Positions 17,588 to 26,939 of a stretch of DNA of 64,000 nucleotides are shown here, one piece after another. Source of the stretch: Escherichia virus TH41. Position 1 is the first letter of the stretch. The number at the start of each line of letters is the position of its first letter. The notes under the pieces are model-generated. The model was given only the letters and a program-made list of their open reading frames with translations, searched no databases and had not been told where the DNA came from. Both the position numbers and the translations under genes were made by a program. The DNA is taken from sequence record MT446412.1; one strand, written 5' to 3'.

Positions 17588-18106
17588 ATGGCACATTTTA
17601 ACGAATGTTCTCAACTGATTGCTGGTGTTGATAAAGCTCAAGGCGCTTATGATAATGCAATTTTTGAAGGCACTGACCCACTGCAAATTATGCTTGATAT
17701 GCAGAAATCGTTGCAGGTTCGTCTGGCTAAAGAAAAACCAGAATATAACGAACATCCTGATAACCTGGCGACTGCTGGTGAAGTTGTTACCTGGCTCCGC
17801 AACCAGAAAGATTATATTGATGATGAATTCCGTGAACTGATTACTGCATTAGGTGGCATGTCCAATGGCGAGAAAGCTGCCTCGGCCGTATGGAAGCCTT
17901 GGAAAGCACAACATGGCGAAATGCAGCAAACCCTAATTAATGATTTATCTCCTGAAGACCAGCTCGAAATTAAATTTGAGATGATTGATATCCTGCACTT
18001 TGTTCTGAATATGTTCCATGGCCTTGGACTGACTGCAGAAGAAATCTTTAAATTGTATTACCTGAAAAATGCTGAGAACTTTGCTCGTCAAGACCGAGGT
18101 TATTAA
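17588..18106 (+). CDS. 56: dCTP pyrophosphatase gp56 (MazG-like)
   Basis: ATG at 17588; MAHFNEC N-terminus and later blocks match T4 gp56. Confidence 0.85.
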   Translation: MAHFNECSQLIAGVDKAQGAYDNAIFEGTDPLQIMLDMQKSLQVRLAKEKPEYNEHPDNLATAGEVVTWLRNQKDYIDDEFRELITALGGMSNGEKAASAVWKPWKAQHGEMQQTLINDLSPEDQLEIKFEMIDILHFVLNMFHGLGLTAEEIFKLYYLKNAENFARQDRGY

Positions 18107-18387
18107 TGGCTCGTTTAAATAAACGTCAGCTTAAGAAAGCTCGCAAGAAATATATTAACGATATAATTGAAAATGTTAATACCGAAATCTTCGTAGAACT
18201 CTTATCTAATCAACTAAAACATTTATCTAAACATGAAATTGATATGAATACTGAAAATGCTAAAAATGTAATTGAAACTCATAATGCTTTTGCTAATGCA
18301 ACAGCAGAATGGATGGCGAATCCTACTGCTGAAAATCTAGCTAAAATGACTGAAGCCAATAAAGCAGTTCAAGCCATCAAATTGTAA
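18106..18387 (+). CDS. hypothetical protein (93 aa)
   Basis: ORF overlapping gp56 stop. Confidence 0.5.
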   Translation: MARLNKRQLKKARKKYINDIIENVNTEIFVELLSNQLKHLSKHEIDMNTENAKNVIETHNAFANATAEWMANPTAENLAKMTEANKAVQAIKL

Positions 18388-18389
18388 GT

Positions 18390-18397
18390 TATAAATA
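18390..18397 (+). promoter_or_regulatory. late promoter TATAAATA upstream of soc
   Basis: Exact TATAAATA about 30 nt upstream of the soc ATG. Confidence 0.5.
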
Positions 18398-18428
18398 CAC
18401 CTGTAATTAAACAACAAAGGAGTTAATT

Positions 18429-18662
18429 ATGGGTGGTTTCGTTAATATCAAAACCTTTACGCATCCAGCTGGTGAAGGTAAAGAAGTTAAAGGTGTTGAA
18501 GTATCTGTTCCGTTTGAAATCTATTCAAATGAGCACCGTATTGCCAATGCTCATTATCAGACTTTTCCTTCCGAAAAGGCCGCTTATGTCACCGTAGCGT
18601 CTAGTGCAGCTGATTGGCGAACTAAGAACGCGGCGATGTTTACGCCTACCCCAGTAGTTTAA
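18429..18662 (+). CDS. soc: small outer capsid protein Soc
   Basis: 77 aa; GFVNIKTF...HYQTFPSEKAAY blocks match T4 Soc; late promoter upstream. Confidence 0.7.
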   Translation: MGGFVNIKTFTHPAGEGKEVKGVEVSVPFEIYSNEHRIANAHYQTFPSEKAAYVTVASSAADWRTKNAAMFTPTPVV

Positions 18663-18665
18663 TTA

Positions 18666-18690
18666 TAGGGAACCTTCGGGTTCCCTTTTT
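18666..18690 (+). terminator. intrinsic terminator (TTCG tetraloop)
   Basis: GGGAACC-TTCG-GGTTCCC followed by TTTTT. Confidence 0.7.
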
Positions 18691-18738
18691 GCTTTTAATA
18701 GAAGCGGTATAATTATTTCAATTACAGAGGAGAATACT

Positions 18739-18936
18739 ATGTTAAACCGTTGGATTAAACCAAATAAAACTTTAGATGAAGTTATTGCCCATGATGTCCA
18801 TTTTAAGTATGGTCTGGGTGTGTTTGATGAGGTTGTCGTACATTCATTCATGATGCACGATGATGATTCTTTAGAATTCAATATTGAAATCCGTTGTGAT
18901 GATGGTAAAGTTGAATTTAAACGAGGTTTTCTATGA
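18739..18936 (+). CDS. hypothetical protein (65 aa)
   Basis: ORF with AGGAGA RBS. Confidence 0.45.
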   Translation: MLNRWIKPNKTLDEVIAHDVHFKYGLGVFDEVVVHSFMMHDDDSLEFNIEIRCDDGKVEFKRGFL

Positions 18937-19274
18937 TTAGTTGGCTCAAGAATTTATTCAAGACCAAACCGAATGAAGGTGTGGTTCCCGTTAGCCTACC
19001 GGATGTTAAGCTAAGAGAATATGTTTACATGGGCGATGGCATGATGGAAGAAGTGGTCAAATCAAAATCAAAAGACCTATATTCTACAATGTCAGAAGAA
19101 GACTTACAAAAACGTTTAACTCGACTGCAAGAACAAAGAGCTCAAGCCCAAAGCAGTATCGATACTACTTCGATTGTGGTTACCGCTGCTGCAGTTAGTT
19201 CGTGGACTGGTGATTCGTCTTATTCCTCCTATGATTCAGGAAGCTGCGATTCGTCTTCCAGCTCGTGTGATTAA
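18933..19274 (+). CDS. hypothetical protein (113 aa) with Ser/Cys-rich C-terminal tail
   Basis: ORF; C-terminus SSWTGDSSYSSYDSGSCDSSSSSCD. Confidence 0.5.
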   Translation: MISWLKNLFKTKPNEGVVPVSLPDVKLREYVYMGDGMMEEVVKSKSKDLYSTMSEEDLQKRLTRLQEQRAQAQSSIDTTSIVVTAAAVSSWTGDSSYSSYDSGSCDSSSSSCD

Positions 19275-19469
19275 ATGAGAATTACAAGTTGGCTTAAAGA
19301 TTGGTTGGTTACTCCAGGGATTGATGATTCCTGGGTGGCCAGAGCCGAGGAAGAAATGCAGCGCGAAGCTGAAGAATGGGCTGCTACAGGGCTTAAAGCT
19401 ATGCAGGAAAAGAAGACCGAACGAGCTGCGCTTAAACTGATGCGTGATATCTACGGAGATAAATCATGA
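19275..19469 (+). CDS. hypothetical protein (64 aa)
   Basis: ORF immediately downstream. Confidence 0.45.
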   Translation: MRITSWLKDWLVTPGIDDSWVARAEEEMQREAEEWAATGLKAMQEKKTERAALKLMRDIYGDKS

Positions 19470-19611
19470 CACAAGAAGAAGCTGAACGCCGGGCAAAAGA
19501 AGCACTGGATTTGCTTTTGAAAATTGGCAGTAAAATGATGGAAGAAAATGAAAAGTACATCAAGGAAAATAAAGTTCCTGATGGTCCATTAGTTGGTAAG
19601 AGGAAAACATT

Positions 19612-20100
19612 ATGAAAGTATATGAATTAGAATTCTATGTCCGTGATTCTGCTGGGCAAACACGACCTTACGATGCAACAGCCTGTCTTATCTTTGCATA
19701 TAATGGCATGGATTCGGTTACTGAGTTGGAAACAAAATTAATGAACCTGACGATGCCAGAAAACGTTATGCTGAAGGTATTTCATAGAAAAAACGTTAAT
19801 GTGGCTGAAGGGTGTCCGTTTACTGTTTCCGAAGCTCTGCATATCAAAGGCTATCGTCACCCGGACCCATATGCAGAAGGTACTGCGGATATTTTCTATA
19901 AAGATAGAGATAAAATGGCCACTGAACGTCTCCAAGGTCGCACATATCTGATTTCCACTACCGACGACCTTGCTGAAGTTGAACGTCAGATTTGGAAGCA
20001 CTTTGATATCGGCTTGCGCTTTACTTTAACAGAAGAAGCTATTCAAGATACTAAAATGCGTGCTCGTATGTATGGTTACGGTCCTATCGGTGGCTACTAA
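19612..20100 (+). CDS. hypothetical protein (162 aa; T4 mrh position)
   Basis: Size and position between soc and the ADP-ribosyltransferase genes as T4 mrh; sequence not independently recognised. Confidence 0.5.
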   Translation: MKVYELEFYVRDSAGQTRPYDATACLIFAYNGMDSVTELETKLMNLTMPENVMLKVFHRKNVNVAEGCPFTVSEALHIKGYRHPDPYAEGTADIFYKDRDKMATERLQGRTYLISTTDDLAEVERQIWKHFDIGLRFTLTEEAIQDTKMRARMYGYGPIGGY

Positions 20101-20275
20101 TGGATTTATTTGAACTTTTTGAAGAGCCTAAAGCTCCTACGGAAGCCCGTGTGGACCTAGTTGACGAACTTGATGCGATTATACAGAAGCATGGTTTTAG
20201 TCTCCCAATGGAAGTTCTACGCGACCTGGCCTCATATTACGACGACCCACCTCCATGGGCACCATGGGTGAAACG

Positions 20276-20509
20276 ATGAACTGGTTAACAAATATCCCCA
20301 CATCGGCGCTGGATATCGACCGTAAACACGCTCATAAGGAAATTGAGCAACAAAAAATTAATCGCTTACAAAGGATTAAGACTGAATCCAAGACAATTAA
20401 AGCCGAACGCCCGACAGAATCGAAAAGTTCTTACTCATCATATCAATCTCCGATTGGCATGGCCGCAGACATTGCAGTCTTTGGCGTCCCACTTGGAGTA
20501 TTTAAGTAG
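20276..20509 (+). CDS. hypothetical protein (77 aa)
   Basis: ORF 20255..20509 with ATG at 20276. Confidence 0.45.
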   Translation: MNWLTNIPTSALDIDRKHAHKEIEQQKINRLQRIKTESKTIKAERPTESKSSYSSYQSPIGMAADIAVFGVPLGVFK

Positions 20510-20565
20510 TTTACTTACTCCCCTCCTAATGACATAATGGTCTTTCTTACAACAGAGAGGCCATT

Positions 20566-21126
20566 ATGAACATCATCAAATCTGATACCGAACCCAACCA
20601 GTTAAAATTTAATGAAATGGAGATAGCTTCATTATTTGAATGCCGCGCATCAAAGGTTGATAAGACCTTACATTCAAACATCAACTCAATCATCAAGTCA
20701 AGGTTGTCTATACCTGATACAGTCTTGTATCGTGGGGTAACCCAGCAAGAGATTGATTTGTTAGATGAAGCAAAAGAATCAATGCAACCTTTTGAATTTG
20801 GAAGGATAACCTCCTTTACAGAAGACTATGGTATTGCCAGGGATTTTGCTGCAATGGAATATGTGTCAAGGACTATCATCAGATTGAATCATACAAAAGC
20901 TTTTTGTTATCATGATGCGATGCGCAAAATCGCGCTTGACGTTCCACTGGAATTCTTCAATACAGCCTCTGGTTCCGAACAGGCAGCAACGTTAAGGCGT
21001 GAAGAATACATGGACATGATTGATTCTGAGCTTGAATGGTTTGTTCCAGTTGACCAGAAATTCGTGATAGTTGATGCTGGATTTGTTGATGATTATTATG
21101 TTCTTGACTGTGTACAAGAGCAATAA
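20566..21126 (+). CDS. mono-ADP-ribosyltransferase, ModA/ModB family (first copy)
   Basis: R-S-E motif set: LYRG, TSFT, ELEWFVP; 186 aa; T4 modB position. Confidence 0.6.
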   Translation: MNIIKSDTEPNQLKFNEMEIASLFECRASKVDKTLHSNINSIIKSRLSIPDTVLYRGVTQQEIDLLDEAKESMQPFEFGRITSFTEDYGIARDFAAMEYVSRTIIRLNHTKAFCYHDAMRKIALDVPLEFFNTASGSEQAATLRREEYMDMIDSELEWFVPVDQKFVIVDAGFVDDYYVLDCVQEQ

Positions 21127-21170
21127 GACACGTTAAGATGTTCCTATCAACTACTGATGAGGATAATAAA

Positions 21171-21785
21171 ATGCTGTACACTGATGACGTTTTGAATGGA
21201 ATTATTGACATTGCCGCTTCTAGTGAGTCTTTTCGTAACCAATGTCAAGCGGAGATTGATGCTCTTTATACAGATAATGAACAATCAGTACTCTGGCAGT
21301 GTATGGAAAATAAACCCGACCTGATTCAAGAAGACTTAACCAGGATTATCCGCAACAATCTGAATACTGCACCACCTGCGGCATTGTTCCGTGGTATATC
21401 AAAGAAAACTATGGAATACCTGGAAGATTTCAGATATGTTGGTGCAACGATTGAGTTCAATCGTGTGATGAGTTTTTCCAGGGACTGGCAGGTTGCAAGA
21501 AATTTCGCATCATACAGTTTCTATGGCACAAGGAATATTTTCTGCATAAACAATGCACCATATGCGTATAACTATCAGGAAGCAATCTTTAAAATGATTT
21601 GTGGCGCTCCTCCTGAAGAGTTCAATGGTGCATATCCAGAAGCAACCAGGAAGTCAAACTTACACCTGGTTAATGATGAGGATGAGTTTATGTTTCCCGC
21701 TGGGACTACGCTTCGCGTAGACTTGATTGAGACACACCCATTGAATAACCTTTATACTGTTTGGCATTTGACTGTTTTGAACTAA
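21171..21785 (+). CDS. mono-ADP-ribosyltransferase, ModA/ModB family (second copy)
   Basis: LFRG, SFSRD, DEDEFMFP; ATG at 21171 after leader CTATCAACTACTGATGAGG; 204 aa. Confidence 0.6.
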   Translation: MLYTDDVLNGIIDIAASSESFRNQCQAEIDALYTDNEQSVLWQCMENKPDLIQEDLTRIIRNNLNTAPPAALFRGISKKTMEYLEDFRYVGATIEFNRVMSFSRDWQVARNFASYSFYGTRNIFCINNAPYAYNYQEAIFKMICGAPPEEFNGAYPEATRKSNLHLVNDEDEFMFPAGTTLRVDLIETHPLNNLYTVWHLTVLN

Positions 21786-21844
21786 CTAAAGACCTTAGAA
21801 CCATTATACACAGTAAAAATAAAAGCGTTAAAGGCGAAAAAGTA

Positions 21845-21873
21845 GTGTACACACCCAATGGATGGTGTATAAT
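21845..21873 (+). promoter_or_regulatory. early promoter cassette
   Basis: GTGTACA, 16 nt, TATAAT inside ATGGAT..ATCCAT inverted repeat; leader CCATACTGAGTT. Confidence 0.6.
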
Positions 21874-21920
21874 GAATCCATACTGAGTTGCCAAATCGTC
21901 CGTAAGATGAGAAAAATATC

Positions 21921-22667
21921 ATGACTTTATCAAAAACCAAAACGTTGAAAGTTAAACGTCGTCTGGAACACACTCAAGCTTCCGCTAAACGCCGCGGTAA
22001 AGACTTTAACCTGGATTTTGATTATCTGGTTAATATTCTTGACCAAAAAGTTTGTGCTTATTCTGGTGAGACATTTAATAACTCTATTGAAGGTGAGAAG
22101 TTATCATTAGAGCGTTTTAACAATGATATTGGTTATATCAAGGGTAATGTTATTCCTGTTAAAAAGAAATACAATACCATGCGTTCTGATTGGTCCTTGG
22201 ATGAGCTTAAACAACGTCGCGATGATGTTGCTGTAAAAATTGCTCGCCCCTCTGCCAAGAAGATTGAAAAGTTAAATCTGACTTCAGAGAAATGGGAACA
22301 GATTAAAAAGTCATATACTCATATCAAGAACATCCAGCACAAACGTGATAATCGCGTTAAGCATTATGCTCAAATGAGTAAATCAGAGCAGTCCAAAGAA
22401 AACCAATTAAAAATGGTTGCTCTGAAGGCTCGCATTGATGGTTCCCGTGTTGCGGAAGGACATGAGCTTACTAAATTGAATGTCCTGCTCAAAGGTAATG
22501 ACTGGAAAGTTACCAAGAAATTAACTGATGCTGAAACGCTTTTTGATTGCTATGATAAAATCATTCAAGGTCTTGAGCGTTTTGAGAAGATTGGTTTTAT
22601 TGGTAAATTAAAACTGAAACGTGGTCTGCCTTTGAACGCGTCAATTTTTAAACTGATTAGAGGTTAA
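21921..22667 (+). CDS. hypothetical lysine-rich protein (248 aa; T4 srd position)
   Basis: Position downstream of the ART genes and upstream of dda; size close to T4 Srd. Confidence 0.4.
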   Translation: MTLSKTKTLKVKRRLEHTQASAKRRGKDFNLDFDYLVNILDQKVCAYSGETFNNSIEGEKLSLERFNNDIGYIKGNVIPVKKKYNTMRSDWSLDELKQRRDDVAVKIARPSAKKIEKLNLTSEKWEQIKKSYTHIKNIQHKRDNRVKHYAQMSKSEQSKENQLKMVALKARIDGSRVAEGHELTKLNVLLKGNDWKVTKKLTDAETLFDCYDKIIQGLERFEKIGFIGKLKLKRGLPLNASIFKLIRG

Positions 22668-22671
22668 TGTG

Positions 22672-22968
22672 ATGTACTACGCATATGTGCTGGTTCACAA
22701 AGATAAAGATGGTTTTGAACGCCCATTGGAGTATGATGGAAAGGTTACCTTATACACCACAAAACCGGGCGCAGAGTATGAACTTGCCAACTATTTATAT
22801 ACTACAAACCGCTATTTACGCATGGGACGTATTGAAACACGGTATACTCCCAGAAAATGGTGGTTTGATAAGCGGGAAACAAAAACTGTTTTTCCTACTG
22901 AAGAACACGCACGAGAATTGAAATTAGTTTTAGATACTTTATATGTTAAGCGAGTAAAATTGGCATGA
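22672..22968 (+). CDS. hypothetical protein (about 98 aa; T4 dda.1 position)
   Basis: ORF 22669..22968; ATG at 22672. Confidence 0.5.
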   Translation: MYYAYVLVHKDKDGFERPLEYDGKVTLYTTKPGAEYELANYLYTTNRYLRMGRIETRYTPRKWWFDKRETKTVFPTEEHARELKLVLDTLYVKRVKLA

Positions 22969-24293
22969 TTAAATTTGAAGACTTGAACACAGGACAAAAA
23001 GAAGCTTTTGATTATATCACTGAAGCTATTCAGCGACGTTCAGGGGAATGTATCACTCTGAATGGTCCAGCTGGTACAGGTAAGACCACTCTGACAAAAT
23101 TTGTCATTGACCATCTAGTGCGTAATGGAGTTATGGGAATTGTGCTTGCTGCGCCAACTCACCAGGCGAAAAAAGTTTTATCTAAATTGTCTGGTCAAAC
23201 CGCGAATACAATCCATAGTATCCTGAAGATTAACCCGACCACATATGAAGACCAAAACGTTTTTGAACAACGCGAAATGCCTGACATGTCAAAATGCAAT
23301 GTTCTGGTTTGTGATGAAGCAAGTATGTATGACGGGTCTCTGTTTAAGATTATTCTTAACTCTGTTCCTGAATGGTGTACTATTCTTGGGATTGGTGATA
23401 TGCACCAGCTGCAGCCAGTTGACCCAGGAAGCACACAACAAAAGATAAGCCCATTCTTTACGCATCCTAAGTTCAAACAGATTCATCTGACTGAGGTCAT
23501 GCGAAGCAATGCTCCTATCATTGAAGTGGCGACAGAAATTCGTAATGGTGGTTGGTTCCGTGACTGTATGTATGATGGTCATGGTGTACAGGGTTTCACC
23601 TCACAAACCGCTTTAAAGGATTTCATGATAAACTATTTCAGTATTGTAAAAGATGCTGATATGTTGATGGAAAACAGGATGTATGCGTACACGAATAAAT
23701 CAGTTGAAAAACTGAACAATATTATTCGTCGCAAGCTCTATGAAACGGATAAAGCATTTTTACCGTATGAAGTCCTGGTTATGCAAGAGCCACACATGAA
23801 AGAGCTGGAATTTGAAGGCAAGAAATTCAGCGAAACCATTTTTAATAATGGTCAGTTGGTTCGCATCAAGGATTGCAAATACACTTCCACCATTCTCCGT
23901 TGTAAAGGCGAATCGCACCAGTTAGTGATTAATTACTGGGACCTGGAAGTTGAGTCAATTGATGAAGATGAAGAATATCAGGTTGACCGCATTAAAGTTT
24001 TACCAGAAGACCAGCAACCAAAATTCCAGGCATATCTGGCTAAAGTTGCTGACACATACAAACAGATGAAAGCCGCTGGTAAACGTCCGGAGTGGAAAGA
24101 CTTCTGGAAAGCTCGCCGGACCTTCTTGAAAGTTCGTGCTCTTCCGGTCAGTACAATTCACAAGGCCCAGGGCGTTTCAGTGGACAAAGCATTCATCTAT
24201 ACTCCATGCATCCATATGGCCGAAGCTTCATTAGCGAGCCAGTTGGCTTATGTAGGAATCACACGAGCGAGGTACGACGCATATTATGTATAA
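22965..24293 (+). CDS. dda: DNA helicase Dda (SF1)
   Basis: 442 aa; Walker A GPAGTGKTT, Walker B VLVCDEASM; size of T4 Dda. Confidence 0.9.
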   Translation: MIKFEDLNTGQKEAFDYITEAIQRRSGECITLNGPAGTGKTTLTKFVIDHLVRNGVMGIVLAAPTHQAKKVLSKLSGQTANTIHSILKINPTTYEDQNVFEQREMPDMSKCNVLVCDEASMYDGSLFKIILNSVPEWCTILGIGDMHQLQPVDPGSTQQKISPFFTHPKFKQIHLTEVMRSNAPIIEVATEIRNGGWFRDCMYDGHGVQGFTSQTALKDFMINYFSIVKDADMLMENRMYAYTNKSVEKLNNIIRRKLYETDKAFLPYEVLVMQEPHMKELEFEGKKFSETIFNNGQLVRIKDCKYTSTILRCKGESHQLVINYWDLEVESIDEDEEYQVDRIKVLPEDQQPKFQAYLAKVADTYKQMKAAGKRPEWKDFWKARRTFLKVRALPVSTIHKAQGVSVDKAFIYTPCIHMAEASLASQLAYVGITRARYDAYYV

Positions 24294-24531
24294 AGTACAT
24301 AAAGAAGATTTAGATACTCTTATCTATGGTATTCAGGACGCGGTTGAATTTTTCGAAGATAATCCGACTATCGTCGTGCAGGGTAATTACGTTTTACTGG
24401 AACTGAATCTTATTCGGAAACGTATGGCCGCGATTGAATATTTTAACAATGAAGAGCCAGGGATTTTTATCTCCGACTATGTTGCTGGTGAAATTCAGAA
24501 ATTAAAAGAGATGTGCGATGGTTGCTGGTGA
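24286..24531 (+). CDS. hypothetical protein (81 aa)
   Basis: ORF whose 3' end lies in the tandem 40-bp duplication. Confidence 0.5.
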   Translation: MYKVHKEDLDTLIYGIQDAVEFFEDNPTIVVQGNYVLLELNLIRKRMAAIEYFNNEEPGIFISDYVAGEIQKLKEMCDGCW

Positions 24532-24560
24532 AATTCAAAAATTAAAAGAGATGTGCGATG
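24481..24560 (+). repeat. perfect tandem duplication, 2 x 40 bp with 1 mismatch
   Basis: GTTGCTGGTGAAATTCA(G/A)AAATTAAAAGAGATGTGCGATG repeated head-to-tail; second copy ends in the dexA start codon. Confidence 0.9.
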
Positions 24561-25241
24561 ATTGATGCTATTATTGACTTTGAAACTCTGGGAAACGGCT
24601 CGAAGGGAGCCGTTATTGACCTGGCTCTGATTACATTCGAATCTGACCCTGCTATTGTGGAATCATTCGAAACCCTGGTTAATCGCGGCAAACGTATCAA
24701 GTTTAGCCTTGAATACCAAAAAGGTAAGCGTCTGTTCGATACAACAACCATGAGTTGGTGGAAAAAGCAATCAGCAGAAGCCCGTGTTAACTTGGCTCCT
24801 TCTGCGCAAGATGTTGATACTCTGACCGGTATCCAACAGGCAATTGATTATCTGAATGGTAATGGAATTAACAAATACGAAAGCCTTATGTGGTGTCGTG
24901 GAATGTCTTTTGACTTCCCGTTGTTTGTTGACCTTATCCGTGACCTACAGCGCAATGAGGGTATTCCCGAGCGTGAATTGAATACATATGGCCTGGAGCC
25001 GGTTGTATTCTGGAACCAGCGAGATATCAGGACAGCAATCGAAGCCCTATCACTCGTCCGTAAGATGTGTGAAACTCCATTACCAAAGGGGGCTTTAGAT
25101 GGATTTGTGGCGCATGATTCGGTGCATGACTGCGCGAAAGATATTTTGATGCTTAAGTATGCCCAGCGCTATGCTCTTGGTTTGGATGAAGTTCCTTCCG
25201 AAGAAGATGCAGACCCGTTATCTTTACCGAAAAAACGATAA
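24558..25241 (+). CDS. dexA: exonuclease A DexA
   Basis: 227 aa as in T4; DEDDh-like N-terminus IIDFETLG. Confidence 0.8.
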   Translation: MIDAIIDFETLGNGSKGAVIDLALITFESDPAIVESFETLVNRGKRIKFSLEYQKGKRLFDTTTMSWWKKQSAEARVNLAPSAQDVDTLTGIQQAIDYLNGNGINKYESLMWCRGMSFDFPLFVDLIRDLQRNEGIPERELNTYGLEPVVFWNQRDIRTAIEALSLVRKMCETPLPKGALDGFVAHDSVHDCAKDILMLKYAQRYALGLDEVPSEEDADPLSLPKKR

Positions 25242-25247
25242 AAAGTA

Positions 25248-25277
25248 GTGTACAAGGCCAATGGAAAGAGACATAAT
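25248..25277 (+). promoter_or_regulatory. early promoter cassette
   Basis: GTGTACA, 17 nt, CATAAT; stem-loop CTCATCA-actac-TGATGAG in leader. Confidence 0.6.
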
Positions 25278-25308
25278 CATCTCATCAACTACTGATGAGG
25301 ATAACAAA

Positions 25309-25566
25309 ATGATTACTTCTTTTGAAATTGGCCAACAATATGAAATGTCTGCTTTTCAAGCTGCTGAAGCAGGTCTGACTGAAGCGTTTGAATGTGCATT
25401 TACAAATATTCGTGGTAAAATCTTTACTGTCAATAAAATTGCGGTATATGATAAAGAAACAGACATGAACAAAGGCATCTACTTGAACGTGTCAAACGCA
25501 AAAGGCCGTCGTGAAATTATGGTTGTACAACCTAACCAACTGGCGATGTTCAATAAGGTTACATAA
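25309..25566 (+). CDS. hypothetical protein (85 aa)
   Basis: ATG at 25309 right after the leader. Confidence 0.5.
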   Translation: MITSFEIGQQYEMSAFQAAEAGLTEAFECAFTNIRGKIFTVNKIAVYDKETDMNKGIYLNVSNAKGRREIMVVQPNQLAMFNKVT

Positions 25567-26321
25567 TGAAACCAGAATTTATTGACTTTGATGTTGTAAG
25601 CATGTATGTTCGCCCAATTAAACCATTAAAACTTGAGAAACAAAATATGACTATTGAAATTAACAAAACTTATCAACTGATTGAACCTATTATTCAAAAC
25701 GCAGCTATGGTTTCTGGGTATAATACTCTGACTGATGCTTTAGGCGAAGGTGAATTTATTGTTGAAACTTTTGTAAAAAGTAACTGGTTTGATAAAGCAT
25801 ATATTTTGCATGCACGTCGCCTTGATACAAATGAAGTAGAAAAAATTATGGTTTATGAAGCTGAGATTGAACTCTTCAAAGAAGTTGAAGAAACTCCCAT
25901 CAAAGTTGGTAAAACCTATCAGCTTATTGAAGATGCCAGTCAGTTTGGAAAGACTGTTGCAATGCATGCCGGGTGGCGGGTACTGAAAGGTATTTTTGGA
26001 TTTGCTCCATTTACCGTTAAAACAGTTAAGTACCACAATCACCAAAGCATCTTTGAATTTACTGCGGTCAATGAATCAGGTGACAATCTTGAAGCTATCC
26101 TTTATCCGCGTGAATCTGTACTGCTGGAAGAAGTTAGCGAGCTTGGCGACCCTATTGACTTGCTATGTAAACCAGTTCAAATCAAACGCCCATTTAACAG
26201 TTCCATTTGTGGTTGGGTAACAGACCAGTGGATTGAAGATGGTGTTGAACTCCTGAACGTTGTTCATTGTGGTAGTTTTACTGTTGTACCACGTTCCATG
26301 GTTGTTGAAATTTTTAATTAA
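25566..26321 (+). CDS. hypothetical protein (251 aa) with internal repeat
   Basis: Internal duplication (INKTYQLIEP / VGKTYQLIED) and C-terminal domain shared with the ORF at 26398. Confidence 0.55.
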   Translation: MKPEFIDFDVVSMYVRPIKPLKLEKQNMTIEINKTYQLIEPIIQNAAMVSGYNTLTDALGEGEFIVETFVKSNWFDKAYILHARRLDTNEVEKIMVYEAEIELFKEVEETPIKVGKTYQLIEDASQFGKTVAMHAGWRVLKGIFGFAPFTVKTVKYHNHQSIFEFTAVNESGDNLEAILYPRESVLLEEVSELGDPIDLLCKPVQIKRPFNSSICGWVTDQWIEDGVELLNVVHCGSFTVVPRSMVVEIFN

Positions 26322-26325
26322 ATTT

Positions 26326-26355
26326 GTGTACAAACTCGTGGGGCCAGAGTATAAT
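26326..26355 (+). promoter_or_regulatory. early promoter cassette
   Basis: GTGTACA, 17 nt, TATAAT flanked by GGGGCCA..TGGTCCC imperfect inverted repeat. Confidence 0.6.
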
Positions 26356-26397
26356 GGTCCCACTGGAGAATAAACTTATTAATCAAGAGAGAAAATT

Positions 26398-26889
26398 ATG
26401 AAAGTTGAAGCTGGTGATATTGTACGCGTTTCTAAAGAATCTCGTTCTAAAGCTGCTGGTCGTTTTGTTGAGGTTGTGGGTCTTCGCACTAATTTAGTAG
26501 GTGGAATTAAAGAAGTTAAAGTGCGTATTATTCCTAAAAATGGCCAGACTGAAACTCAATTGGCTTATGTACATCCTAAATTCCTGGAATCAACTGAATT
26601 TACTGGATATATCGCTCCTGTGGTTGAAGAAGTTGAAACCATTGACCAGTCTCATGTTGGGGTTGATTTTAAATGGAAATTAGGTAAAGGTGTCTTTTTC
26701 GTTTCACCTAAACCGTTTGAATACAATTGCAAGTATGGTCCGACTTATGAAACCACTAGCATGTCTGGTTATATCACAGACCAGTGGGTTGAAGAAGGGG
26801 TTAAACTGTATAATATTGTGTTCCTTGGAACCTTTAAGGTTGTTCCTGAAAGTTTTATCGTTGAGTATGCTGATATTCATTTTGCCTAA
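26398..26889 (+). CDS. hypothetical protein (163 aa), paralog of the C-terminal domain of 25566..26321
   Basis: Shared block ITDQWVEEGVKLYNIVFLGTFKVVPESFIVE. Confidence 0.55.
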   Translation: MKVEAGDIVRVSKESRSKAAGRFVEVVGLRTNLVGGIKEVKVRIIPKNGQTETQLAYVHPKFLESTEFTGYIAPVVEEVETIDQSHVGVDFKWKLGKGVFFVSPKPFEYNCKYGPTYETTSMSGYITDQWVEEGVKLYNIVFLGTFKVVPESFIVEYADIHFA

Positions 26890-26939
26890 ATTATAAAATA
26901 ATGATAGGGTAATTTTGCCCTATCAATGAGGAGAATATT

